A stretch of 64,000 nt of DNA, taken from positions 13,206,001-13,270,000 of the forward strand of contig NC_045701.1 of assembly GCF_009834535.1 (NCBI RefSeq), in the 5' to 3' direction. This document shows, one piece after another, positions 35,931 to 47,880 of this stretch; position 1 is the stretch's first letter; each line of letters begins with the position of its first letter. The notes below the pieces were generated by a model. The model ran no database searches, was not told where the DNA came from, and saw only the letters and a list, made by a program, of their open reading frames with translations. A program made the translations under genes and the position numbers. The DNA comes from Camelus ferus. Taxonomy: Eukaryota.

Positions 35931-36626
35931 GGAATAAATGGACAAAATGAAGAGGAAAAGATGGCAGATCGCTTAAATTCTTGTAATGTGAGAATCAAGA
36001 TCACAGCTTAGAAGTTCAATGGAGCAGAAGCTTGGGCCAAGACAGAACTGCAAAGGACATATTCCTGGTTTCACTGGGAATGTTTTCTTTTTATCTTAAT
36101 TACATTCTAATGAGAAAGGTCACATGCAAATGAAGTAAACCACAATTAGGCTAAGTAGCTACCGTGTGGGGAGAAGCTCAGGAGGTATTTGTACAGTAAA
36201 CGAAGGATGAGCTCTCAAGAAGATGGTCTTAGGTTGTAAAATAAAGAAGAGTTTCTGAATCTTGGAGATGGAGATCTTCTTGATTGTTCTGCTAACATGG
36301 TTAAGGTCAGTGTAAAGAAACTGAATGTTTTCTAGAATCGACATTGGCCCATGTTTGTAACCTAGTGGATGGTGCTGAAGGGAGAAATTTTCAAAAGTAG
36401 GAAATCTTCAAGTTCATCTCTCTGGTAGTTTTGGTGAATGCGTGTGGGTTTCTAGCAAAGATGGCAGCATGTTATTCTGAATGATGGGCCTATTCATTAT
36501 TGCCACTAAGGACACTCAAACCCAGACAAAGGTTTTCAATAGACAGATGGAGAAGTCAAAAGGAACAATAAATGTTTGATGATTACTAACCATAGAAAAA
36601 GGGAGTTGAATTATATTATTTCTGTG

Positions 36627-36791
36627 NNNNNNNNNNNNNNNNNNNNNNNNNNNNNNNNNNNNNNNNNNNNNNNNNNNNNNNNNNNNNNNNNNNNNNNNNN
36701 NNNNNNNNNNNNNNNNNNNNNNNNNNNNNNNNNNNNNNNNNNNNNNNNNNNNNNNNNNNNNNNNNNNNNNNNNNNNNNNNNNNNNNNNNNN
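36627..36791. other. N-run, 165 bp
   Basis: Seen directly. Confidence 0.99.
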
Positions 36792-37345
36792 TGTCTCTAA
36801 CTATGATGGTCACCAAAAATTTCTTCCCTCCCTGTCTCCCCATTAAGAGGTAGAATCTATTCCTCCCCTCCTCTTGAATCTCCTCTTGGGTCAGCCTGAA
36901 TGATTTGCCTGGCCAATAGAGTAGGATGGAAGCAACATTCTGGGATGACTGAGGCTAGGTTAAGAAGCCTTACAGTTTCTCTCAGCCTCCTGGAATGATC
37001 ACTCTGGGGGAAAAAGGCTACCATGTAAGAAGTCTGATCACCTTGAGACTGCCATGCTGTAAGAAGTGCAAGTCATGTAGAAAGATCCTAGATGAAGAGA
37101 TACCATGTGGAGAGAGAAAAAGAAAGAGAGGCCAAGAAGTACTGAGGCACCAGACATGTAAGTGATAAAATCATTTTGAAAGTGGGCCCTCTAGCCACTG
37201 TCCCAGCTGATGCCACTGGGTCAGGTAAAAACTCTAACTGAGCCCTTCCCAAATTCCTCATCAGAAAATCATGAGAAAATTAAGTGATTATTATTTTTAG
37301 CTACTAAGTTTAGGGGTAGTTTATTACCTAGCAATAGGGAACCAA
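36792..37345 (+). mobile_element. MLT1 (F/G/H-type) MaLR LTR
   Basis: cccattaagaggtagaatctattcc; ccatgtaagaagtctgatcaccttgagactgccatgctgtaagaag; gctactaagtttaggggtagtttattacctagcaatag. Confidence 0.85.
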
Positions 37346-37906
37346 GCCATCTAAATTGTGAAGTAGCTACTAAGACCACAGAAACTTGGAGGTAGGTAAG
37401 GTATACACTTCTAAAAGCAAATTAAACCTAAAAATAATGGTTAGCCAAGTCACATCTACTTCCCAAGCAGTTTTGTTAGATAACTGTATAGATGTATTGG
37501 GAGTCTTTTATTTCAGTCAACAAACATGAGTGCCTAATAGTTGACTGAGAGCATGCCCTGTTTTTAGGGCAGTAAGAGAGACATTAATAATGCAATACCT
37601 TGGGGGAATTTAGAAAAATCTCACAAAATATGTGACATGTGCTGATGATCTTGATTTTTTTTTGAAAAAAAATTTTTATTTTGTGAAAAAATACATTATT
37701 TTTCTGGATCACCTAATTAACTCATTTTCCTGATTCACTACTGTAGGGAGCTTAAATGAATAAAAATCAGAAAAAGGTAGTATATTTTATTTAAATAATT
37801 ATTTTAAAACACTGCCTTCCTGGGATGGGGTAAATTATTTCAAAGAAATATCATCTTTCAATGTCTTCTCCTGAGACATTTTCAAAGTGCAAATAAAAGA
37901 ACTGAG

Positions 37907-38086
37907 NNNNNNNNNNNNNNNNNNNNNNNNNNNNNNNNNNNNNNNNNNNNNNNNNNNNNNNNNNNNNNNNNNNNNNNNNNNNNNNNNNNNNNNNNNNNNN
38001 NNNNNNNNNNNNNNNNNNNNNNNNNNNNNNNNNNNNNNNNNNNNNNNNNNNNNNNNNNNNNNNNNNNNNNNNNNNNNNNNNNNNNN
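37907..38086. other. N-run, 180 bp
   Basis: Seen directly. Confidence 0.99.
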
Positions 38087-39034
38087 AGGATTTGTAATAG
38101 AACACTGACAATTCACACAAGTGTGAAACCATGACTGATAAACTTTAAATGTGCATCAATCTTTAGTTAAATACATTAGTCGAAAAACTAGCTAATAGCT
38201 GAATCTCATCATTTTGCCTCTTCACACTTGCAGTGTGAAACGAGGGAAGAGAGAGGAAAAGAAAGTGCAGCCCAGTGGAAATACATGCACTCCCAGACTT
38301 GGATAAGAAGCAGTAGCATTTTCAAGCTGCAAAGGACTGAAAGAACAGGATTCACCTTCCTCATTTCACAGTTGAAGAGGCAAGATGCTCACCAAGAGTT
38401 AGTTGCTCAAGGCAAAGCAAGTTTGTATCAGAAACAAAATAAGAATCCAGATATTTTGACTACAGACTAACAACCAGGTTTCTTATCCTATGATTACTTA
38501 AATTCCCCAAATAATTATTTGTATTATTATTTTTGTTTCTAATAATTGTATGCAACATACAATATTTGGATTTATTTTAAATAAATTAGTCAAAATGTAA
38601 AAAAGTCAAAAGCAGAGGGCAATTATTTCTCGGCTGAAAAAAAAGAAAAATCTTTCAGTCACCCTAGGTATAAGACTACAGACGTGGCTTGTCATGAAAC
38701 GACCCAGTAGCAGTTTAATGCAGGTTTAATCAAATCCAAAATCCATCTTTTACAGGAACCAATTCTTGCAGAATGCATAATTATTTTTTCATAGTAAGAT
38801 ATCCCCAAAGCCCTGTTTCTTCCCATGCTGGTACAGCCTGCCATCCCAGTGTGAATGAGTTTTGGGTTACAAAGTCCTTTGGATTTAAAGGTCAATTAGT
38901 TTGGTTCCACTTTAATTAGAAGCCATCATAATAGTGCTGTGTGAGTAATTTATAGAGGCATAAATATTGACATCAATTTTCGTCAGATATTTTGATATCA
39001 TAAACATCATGTAAATCTAGGCACCAGCAATCAA

Positions 39035-39230
39035 NNNNNNNNNNNNNNNNNNNNNNNNNNNNNNNNNNNNNNNNNNNNNNNNNNNNNNNNNNNNNNNNNN
39101 NNNNNNNNNNNNNNNNNNNNNNNNNNNNNNNNNNNNNNNNNNNNNNNNNNNNNNNNNNNNNNNNNNNNNNNNNNNNNNNNNNNNNNNNNNNNNNNNNNNN
39201 NNNNNNNNNNNNNNNNNNNNNNNNNNNNNN
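39035..39230. other. N-run, 196 bp
   Basis: Seen directly. Confidence 0.99.
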
Positions 39231-39589
39231 TCTCTGAGCCCCTCAATGAAGCTTTGGCCCTGTGCCTAGAAACATCTTCATGTTTCAGAATAAGGCGAGG
39301 CACAAATCAAAGCAATAGCAAGGAAAATCCCTTGGTGCTTCCTAGAATCTGGTGAGACTTCTATTAAAACCATTTCTGTTTGGTTAAACTGCTTGGTGGG
39401 GAAGTTCTCTGCTTGCTGCTCAGTCTAAAAAGGGTGACCAAGAATCACTAAACCACGGACATCAAGGGATCCTCCAGTCGGATGCTTCTTAAACTACAGA
39501 ATGTGGATCTATCTGCAGGGATCCTTGAATTCCTTATGAAAATGTTTTTAATTTTTTCATTCAAAATTAATTTCCTTATTTATTATGGC

Positions 39590-39730
39590 TTTATTATTTA
39601 TAATCTGTTTCTCCCTCCTAGAATATAAACTCCATGAGAGCAATGATCTTGTCTGTCACATTCTTAGATATATCCCAAATGCCTAGGACAGTTTCAGAAC
39701 AAAGTACTTGTTTGTTCAGTGGAACAATTA
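39590..39730 (+). mobile_element. L2 3' terminus
   Basis: tctgtttctccctcctagaatataaactccatgagagcaatgatcttgtctg. Confidence 0.85.
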
Positions 39731-39949
39731 AGATAGGCAAATTTTGAGTCAATTTGATAACCACCATATAATGAAGAGCGGTCCCAGGGTTTTAGCACCA
39801 GCATTTGGGCTTGTATTTATAATCACCCTGTGTCAAAAAATTGAGTTTAACTTTGAGGCAATGTTCTTCAAACTGGGGTCCATAGGCCCCTGGGGTCTAT
39901 GAAAATTTCGAAGAGGTCTATAAATTTTCAAGATGCAGAAACACTGGTC

Positions 39950-40090
39950 AAGCCCAATTTCCTCACCTTATAGATAAGGAAACTGAGGTCCAAAGAAGGG
40001 ACATGGACTTCTCAATCCCACTCAGTTAGTGGTAGAGCTAGAATTAGAACGCCCAGGTCTCTTAATTCTGGGCCTTGGGCTTTTCCCAGT
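39950..40090 (-). mobile_element. MIR/MIR3
   Basis: ccttatagataaggaaactgaggtccaaagaaggg...ttagtggtagagctagaattagaac. Confidence 0.8.
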
Positions 40091-40949
40091 CTATTACCCT
40101 AACATCTCTTTTGTACTTCTTGATCTTCCTTTCAAAAAGTTCTAACTATGGAATCCAAAAACAGAACCAATCATTTGAATAAGAAAAGGAAAGTATTTCA
40201 CTGTCAGTGGTGGTTCTTACTTCTTGCTTTGCAGTAGGTTACTATTTTATGATGTTGACTTCAAGTATATTTAAACCTTGAAGTATTTGCAGTTTGGATG
40301 TGCTTACTATCTTGTTTGTTTCTTAGTCTATTTTATCTTGTCTAGATGATGAATGATCTGAGGACCTGAACCATGTTTTTAGCATGCTATTTATCAACAT
40401 CCAACTTCTAAAGAGTTTTCTAACTCATTTTCATTTCATTTATTCATCTAATGTAGAATAAAATGAAAATGTACGAGAAACACTTTCTTAATATCAAGAA
40501 CATCAAACCAACCTGGACTTATGTTTGCTCCCCAAACTGGGAAGAAATCGCAGAAGCTGAGGATCACTCCTTCCAATCACATCCCTCTATATATAACTGA
40601 TTTTTCTGCCTTTTCTAAAAAAACTTTCACTTGATTCAGAAAACTGCCTATTTTCCACATGCAAGACCAGTCCTGGGGTATATATTATACTACTTTCCTG
40701 AGAAGAAACATGACCCATTGTGGGACAACTGGGCTGAACAAAAATGTTGTCTCAGAATGTTAGTAGGTGTCTTCAGTACTTTTTTTTCTGTTTACTCATG
40801 TTAGTTGATAAAATTCATAGGCTTATCACTCATTCAAAATTATAAAATTTATGATTTAAGGAAATCATCAGAAAGATTTTTTTCAAGATCTTTTAAATTA
40901 CCCAACCAGGGACAGTGCTCCATAGGAGATCTGCAGACTATTTTCCACA

Positions 40950-41130
40950 GTATCGTAGAGTCATTGAGAATGAGCTGGAAAATATTAGAATCATCTGATC
41001 TGATCTAACCCAGTCAACAAAGAAACTGAGGCCCAGAAAAGGGAAATCATTTTCAGAAGAACATCCAGCTAGTCAGTGTGGGAATGGGCTGTGACAAAGG
41101 CTTCCAAATTCCTATTTCAGTATTTCTCTT
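40950..41130 (-). mobile_element. MIR3/MIR
   Basis: tagagtcattgagaatgagctggaa...atctaacc...gaaactgaggcccagaaaaggg. Confidence 0.7.
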
Positions 41131-42219
41131 GCTTTGGTAACATACACATAATTTATATTCTGTAGTGCTCATGAAAGATTATTGATATAGAACCTAATAT
41201 GTTTCAAAAGGAGTTGAAAATTTAACCGTGTTAGGTCAGAGATCCTCTGGAGGGCATGTATAACCTTGTACTCTTCCTGAAGGTATTAACCGTCTCTTTA
41301 TTGTGCTGAAAATATCTTGCTTTATATTTTGCTATGTCATTATTATATTTTGGAAAAAGATGATGCATTTACTAAAAATATGTTTTGGAGGCACAAAGAA
41401 TAAACCAGCCGTGTTTTCTTATCTCTGCTGATTGCACTGACCTATCCCCAGTGGCCTCATTACTGAACCAGTCAGTTTGTTGGCATAGCCATAACTCTTA
41501 GGTTACATGTTCTCATCATTATGGTGGAGATGAGGCTGTGGGGCAGGCAGTAAGTATCATATCTATGAGAAGAAAGACTGCAAAAGTGTGGCAATGAAAA
41601 TTTGAGCCGTCATAAGTATGTTCTACATCCTATATAAGATGATGAGATTAACAAAAAATTAGTGTAACAAAGATCATGCCTTCCTGGAGTTTACAGTCTA
41701 GGCATACACACAGTTGTGGTAGAAACGACAAGAGATTTAGCAGTAGAGAGTTTCAGGAGATTAGAGGAGGAGAAGACTTATAATTGGGGGTAGGTAGGGT
41801 GTGAATCAGGGATGATTGGGAGTCCAAGGCCACATCCAGATGCCATCAAAAACTGAGTTGATTTGGGTGTGTATCAGTTTTTTCTGCCTCCACCCTGGCA
41901 GTAGCTGGGTATATGAGCAGAAAGCCTGCAGTTATTAGATTAATCATTTGGTGCCTGATTTCTTGCTTCATGATCAATGTGGAACTGGTGGCTCCAGACA
42001 ATACTATAGACTCAGCCTCAAAGTCTAAGTTGTAAACAGACTCTTCAAAACTTATAGAAAGTTGGGCCCGAAAATAAGCAATGGTCTTTGTAAGTTCTTG
42101 CTTCGAAAGGACAGTCTTTGTGTTTGCACTCAGAATTAGTGCAAATAGTATCAATTTCTAACAGGTAACAGTCAAACACAGACTAACTAATATGAAAAAA
42201 GTAGAGTCAATTTGTACAT

Positions 42220-42880
42220 TTCGGGCTGATTACTCTTTACCTGACATATCCAATTACCAAGTCTTGCCAAGTGTTCTCTCAAGTCTTTCTTTGTCTACTC
42301 CTCAATATTAATTCTAACTCTATAATAAGTTCTAATCATTCTCCACATTGCAACCATACAGAACTTTTCAATGCAAAGATCTGAACTTCTAATTCTCTTG
42401 CTTAAGGATCATCGGCCTTGTTTAACATCCTGCAGTGGGGTCCTCATTGCCCATCAAATGAGCTCTAAGTTCCTGAAAATGGCATTTAAAACTTTTCTTT
42501 CCCCAAATTCATTTCTCTTCCCCTTAAATACACCCAAAATCTAACCATGGTTTCCTTTGTATGTCATGGTGGTTCAGGTACCCACATCTTTATAAATGTT
42601 GTTTCCTATGCTTAGAATTCCCTCCTCTTATTTTCTACCCAAAAAATGTCTGTTTAATCACAATTCAAGACTCTTCTCAATTATTACTGCTTCCATGAAG
42701 CAATTCAAGCAATTCACCACAAAGATATATTTCTCTGTTCTTGATGACCACTAATTATTTGCACATATCTTTTCACTGCAATAACTTGTTTGCATGCCTG
42801 ACTGTGACTTCTTTGAGTGGCAGGACTCTCTTTTTCATCTTTGTATACCCATAGCACTCATCAACTTACAGAATAAATTA
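42220..42880 (+). mobile_element. L2 3' region
   Basis: aattaccaagtcttgccaag; tctccacattgcaacc; gacttctttgagtggcaggactc...ttgtatacccatagc. Confidence 0.75.
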
Positions 42881-43754
42881 AAGTCAAGCATGTTTACATT
42901 AGTGAAGGCTTTATGCTTTGATTACAGATCTGATTTTTTTTAAAAAAGGGTTGGCTGTGCTAGGATCCTCAGATATTAAATAAAATTCAGAGATGCTGGT
43001 GAGAAATCAGTCCATTTTTATATGAGGATGATTGCAAATAGCCTTAAGCAGAGTGGAGCATTTTATTTTAAAACAAATGATCGATCTTACTAACAGCAAG
43101 GCAAGTCAAAGAACAAAGTCCCTTGCTAGTTCCTAGAGAGCAGGGACTATTTTTCTAGTTCTTTCTTAACACATGGAGCACCTTGTAAAGCAAACCTTAA
43201 TAAATGCTGTGGAGAGAATAAATAGTTATAAACATGTAGATGAAATGCTATACCCTAAACTTGCTACTCATTGTCCCTTGCCTCAGACTGTGACTTAGAC
43301 TAGCGAATATAAAAATTAATCAGCAATATTGATTAATCTCAACATTGACTACTATGATTACTTATTGAGAAGTTTCTCATTATCTTAGTATCATAAATCT
43401 TACATGTTTAAGATCTATCTACATTAAATATCTGGGATATTTTAACCTATTATTCTCCATATAATTTTGGATCCCAGCCAATTTTTTTAGTGATCATTTT
43501 CAGGTCAAGATACTAGCATGAGCACTTCTACATATAGCTTTACAACACCCGGCACACAGTAGGTCCTCAACAAATGTTTGCTGAAATGGAATAGCTAACC
43601 TACATTATTGAGGTAAGAATTTAGCTATAATACTCACATACAGATACACACAAATATATGGCCCTCTGAAAAACAGAAAGAATACTTACCTGAAATAGTA
43701 ATCATTTAAAGTAAGCACAAAGAATAAAGATGTTCAATTTTAAAGGTTTAGGCA

Positions 43755-43975
43755 GCCAAATGGAATAGTGGAAGAAGCATGAGCTGGGGATCAGCCAGAC
43801 CGGAGTTTGATTTCTAGCTCTGTAACTTACCTGCTCAGTGTACTTGGATAAAGGTTTGTGCCTCAATTTCCTCCTCTGACAACACTGGGTTAATATCATC
43901 TTTTTAACAGACTGTGGTAAATATGTTAATACATCTGTAGTACCATCATGCCTGGCACAGACCAACCACTCTGTA
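43755..43975 (+). mobile_element. MIR
   Basis: gggatcagccagaccggagtttgatttctagctctg...gtgcctcaatttcctcctctg...catgcctggcacag. Confidence 0.8.
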
Positions 43976-44093
43976 ATGCTTTGTTGCGGTTGCTTTTAAT
44001 TGGCCTTGATGGCTGCCTAAGCCTTTCTTCACTCTTTCCAGGGTGGTTATTGCTATTAATGATGTACTGCTAGAGAACCATGACCTTTTTCAG

Positions 44094-44281
44094 CAGTGTT
44101 TCTCAAATTTTAACATGCAACAGAATACCCCGGAGACCTTCTTAAAACACAGATCACTGGGATCCACCACCAGAGCTTCCCATTCCCTAGGTCTGGAGTG
44201 AGGCTGAGAATTTGCATTTCTAAGAAGTTCTCAGATGATGCTGATGATGCTGATCCCCCAACCACACTTGGAGAACCACTG
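44094..44281 (+). mobile_element. MER5A hAT-Charlie MITE, full length
   Basis: TIRs cagtgtttctcaaa ... ttggagaaccactg; ggtctggagtgaggctgagaatttgcatttctaag; degenerate TSD tttttcag/cttttgag. Confidence 0.92.
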
Positions 44282-44839
44282 CTTTTGAGAAATTGCTTCT
44301 GCTATGAGAATGATGACAGGAAGAAAAAAATATTTATGGATTCTTGAGTGTGGATAGCTCTGAGGGCTTCCTGGGGCTTGGACATATAGGAACGGAGGAC
44401 TCTCACTTGTCATCCCTACATGGGGAAAGACTTAAATCACTTCATATTTGCCAGTGGTTCCCAATGGAGAAACCCTGAGCAACCACTGGATGGGCTGGAA
44501 GGCAATAACATGGTAGAGGGCAAAAGACAGGAATCCTCAAGACCCATAACCACCTGCATTCTGTGCCTTTCAAAAGGTCTCATTTGATTGTTCTGTTTGA
44601 AAAGAATGAACCACTTTGGAAATTATATATACTAAACGTGCACTCATCTCCCCAATATTGTGCACCTTTATAACCAACATATACGCTGGGTTTAAGTCAA
44701 AGAGAAGCATGTGCAATTCTGCCTTGGAGGAACTTAAAATTAGGGAAGTTGGTGTGAATGTCAAGAAAAAAAAAACTTATCCAGCATTAGTGTTATAATA
44801 GAAAGAAAAAGGTAAAAGGAGATATAGAAATACATAACA

Positions 44840-45090
44840 GAGAGACTAATAATGAATAGCCAATGCATTTGTAGTGCTTACTATAAGTGAGGCACTGTTC
44901 CATTAACTCATTTAATCCTCACAACAAACTATGAGCTAAGTAGTCTGACTAGTCTCATTTGATATATGAGGAAGCTGAGGCACAGAATGTTTAAATGAGT
45001 TGCCCAGGGTCACACAGCTAAAATGTAGCAGAGTCAGGATTTGAACCCAGGCAATCCTGCTCAACAGCTTTGCTCTTAACCACTACACTA
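44840..45090 (-). mobile_element. MIR, near full length
   Basis: ctcatttaatcctcacaac...gaggaagctgaggcacag...ttgcccagggtcacacagct...ggatttgaacccaggc...gctcttaaccactacacta. Confidence 0.92.
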
Positions 45091-46499
45091 TCTGAAGCAT
45101 TGCAGAGGGAGACAAAATTAAGGAAGATGGATACAGATAAAAGATGATTTATGAGAATGGTTCAAATTACCACCTGGAAATCCACATCTCTTACTTCTTG
45201 TATCCCTGAACTTATCTTAGTATTGGACTCTTTCTGCTCCAGAAGTCAAACAGGTAGAGCCATTACTGCATTGACATATCCTAAATAGGATCATCCAAAG
45301 AGCCACACTGCTTATGTGCACTGACTTCTGTTATGTTGCACTATTTCCCTAAATATCCCACAGCAGAGAGAGTCTCATAATAAATTACATCGCAATCCTG
45401 TGCATTAGTGCTGGCCGCTCTCCCACAAACAATGTCAAAATTGTAAGCAATTGGCACGGAGTCATTGTGACAATATGTAAATTACTTGTAAAGTGAATTT
45501 GATCTTGTATAATAAATGCTATTTGAATCTTAATTTGCTAACAATATTTTAATGCAGTAATTGAGGTCATGGAAGACATGGACTAAAGATGAAACCATCT
45601 ATAACTGTCAATTTTAAGCAGGACTGCATTACCCAGGTTTGTAAAATACTCCAAGGAATTAAAAGGCAAATGCAATGCTTATATTTGCTATGAATAAGCA
45701 GAAACACAACTGTAAAAAGAGACATAATGTACTACAGGCCCAGAAGAGGGATTTGAAAGAGATGATCAAAGGTTTTTTCTGATGCTAAAATTTCTTGGCT
45801 CTAGGATCAGTGTCCTCTGACCTACATAGGTCTTTCCTTAATGAAATAAAGGAACATCTCAATAAATTACATGGCCCTAGTTTAATTCTTAGTAATTTGG
45901 GGGCACCTCCTCAACTCCTTGCTTTCATAATTAATCACCAAGCTGCCTTTGTCTTCTCAAAGAAAGTCCTCCACCAATTGCCTGCTCAATCTTCTTTCTA
46001 TTTTCATTCCAGCTATCAGATCAAAATCAGGTTCAGCATCTGTGAAATTGACCCGCAAGTGTGAAATCATTTTTTAATGATAAAGTGCCAATAGTGTTCT
46101 GCAAGTGTAGGGTATTAATTGAGTGTTATAATCATTATTATGCAGCTACTTCCCATGGTGATGACCTTTGTTCTCCTCTACCTCTCCTTCATCTGCTCTA
46201 TTTTATAGCCTGTTGTTCTTGAGGGTTCAATGCCTCTCTTTTTCCTTTCTGAAACCTGAAACTCTGATATTCTTTCTTCCACCCAGTTCTTCCCTCTGTA
46301 ACCTGAGCTAACCTTTCTCCAAACTAAGCGTACAAGGTAGAGAAAGCCAGGCATGGCTTTGATTTGAGACAGCAATCACCACTCTTCAGCTTGTAGACAA
46401 GCAAAATGTATGTTGATTGACTCCCATTTATTTGGCTCAGCCAACCTCCAGAGCAGGAAGATCTCCTGAAGGAAGCCACTTATCAGCAAAGTCCTGAAA

Positions 46500-46930
46500 A
46501 CAGACCTCCCTTATGTTATGCCCTTTGTTTGAAAACCTAAAATGCTGTCCTCTCTATCACATCAAGTCATGAGTCCTCATTCAAGGCCTGTGGCTTTGTT
46601 GAATGTAACGCATCCAATCACTACTCGCTTACTTCTGGCTTCTTTCCATTCAAGTGTCTGTCAATGATCCCAGTCTATCCTGTTCCTCTTCCTGCTATCC
46701 CAGAAGAGGACTACCTAGGCCAGATTTCCAGATCAAGTTCAAATCCTTCCTTTGCAATGGAATGTAAAGGTCATTGGTCCCATATATTTCTCCTCTTCTT
46801 GATTCAAATCCTTACTCAAAAGTTATCTCTTCTAGAATTAGTTCCTCCCTCTTTCGGGCTTTCAAATCACTGCTTGTAATTTTGTAAAACCACCATATTG
46901 CACTGAAAATATCATTTGTATGTCTCTGGC
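46500..46930 (+). mobile_element. L2 fragment
   Basis: ttgtttgaaaacc...atcaagtcatgagtcctc; agatcaagttcaaatccttcc. Confidence 0.55.
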
Positions 46931-47189
46931 TATGATGTATATTCATTTTGACATAATTTGTATTCCGTTTATTTTTATAACTTAAAAAGACTTAACAAAA
47001 CCTAATTTATAGTAGATGCTTGATAAACAATTCAATATAGTAAGATAATAATATATTCAAGTATAGTAGATGTTGATAAATAATTCTTGAATAAAATAAT
47101 AAATGATTCCCCTAAACTCTGAATTCTGTGTGTGTTTGTGTGGGTATATTATACATATTATATATATGTATATTTTAATATAATTTGTG

Positions 47190-47430
47190 TACATGACTCC
47201 TATTATTCAAGTAAAGGAGTTTATCCTGGGTATATACCTAAAAGTGAAAATTCTGGATTGTAGGGTATACATAGGTCAACTTCAGGAGACAATGCCAAAC
47301 CATTGCCCAAAGTGGTTGTACTATATTTTCCTTCCAGCAGCACTGTATGAGCATTCCTGTACATCCATTTCCTTTCCAACACTTGGTATGTTTAGGCATG
47401 TTATTACTTTGCAAACTAAATAAGTATGCT
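47190..47430 (-). mobile_element. L1M fragment
   Basis: cctgggtatatacctaaaagtgaaaattctggattgtaggg...tgccaaaccattgcccaaagtggttgtac. Confidence 0.85.
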
Positions 47431-47499
47431 TTATATGTAAAGTGTTACATGTATGCTAATTGTAAAACTGGCTAGGATTAATTTTTGTGCAACTGGAAT

Positions 47500-47690
47500 G
47501 GCCTAGAATTTCCAAAATGGAAAGAATACCAGGACAGGATTCAGAAAACCAGAGTTCCAGACCCATTTCTGCCATGACATTTCTGAATATCTTCAGACAT
47601 GACATTTAACCTTCATCAGCTTCAGTTTACCTTCTGCATATGGCTAAAATGTCTATCTTGCTGTGATGCTGTGAGCACGTGGTGATGTTT
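47500..47690 (+). mobile_element. MIR fragment
   Basis: agagttccagacccatttctgcc...catttaaccttcatcagcttcagtttacc. Confidence 0.6.
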
Positions 47691-47696
47691 AATAAA

Positions 47697-47880
47697 CAGG
47701 ACCAGTACTAAGGTAAGGTGAGTGAGGCACTCACCTCAAGTGCAAAATTTAAGAGGGCACAAAAAAAGTCATAATCAAGATACACAATATTTTTAAGAAT
47801 CAAAATTAAGGCAAAATTCCATGATGAATCAGATGTCAAATTTTTAAATAAGGATAGGATTTTATCTTTAGAAGGGATAT
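47697..47880 (+). mobile_element. MER91-like hAT-Tip100 element
   Basis: caggaccagtactaaggtaaggtgagtgaggcactcacctcaagtgcaaaatttaagagggcac resembles the MER91-type 5' end. Confidence 0.55.
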
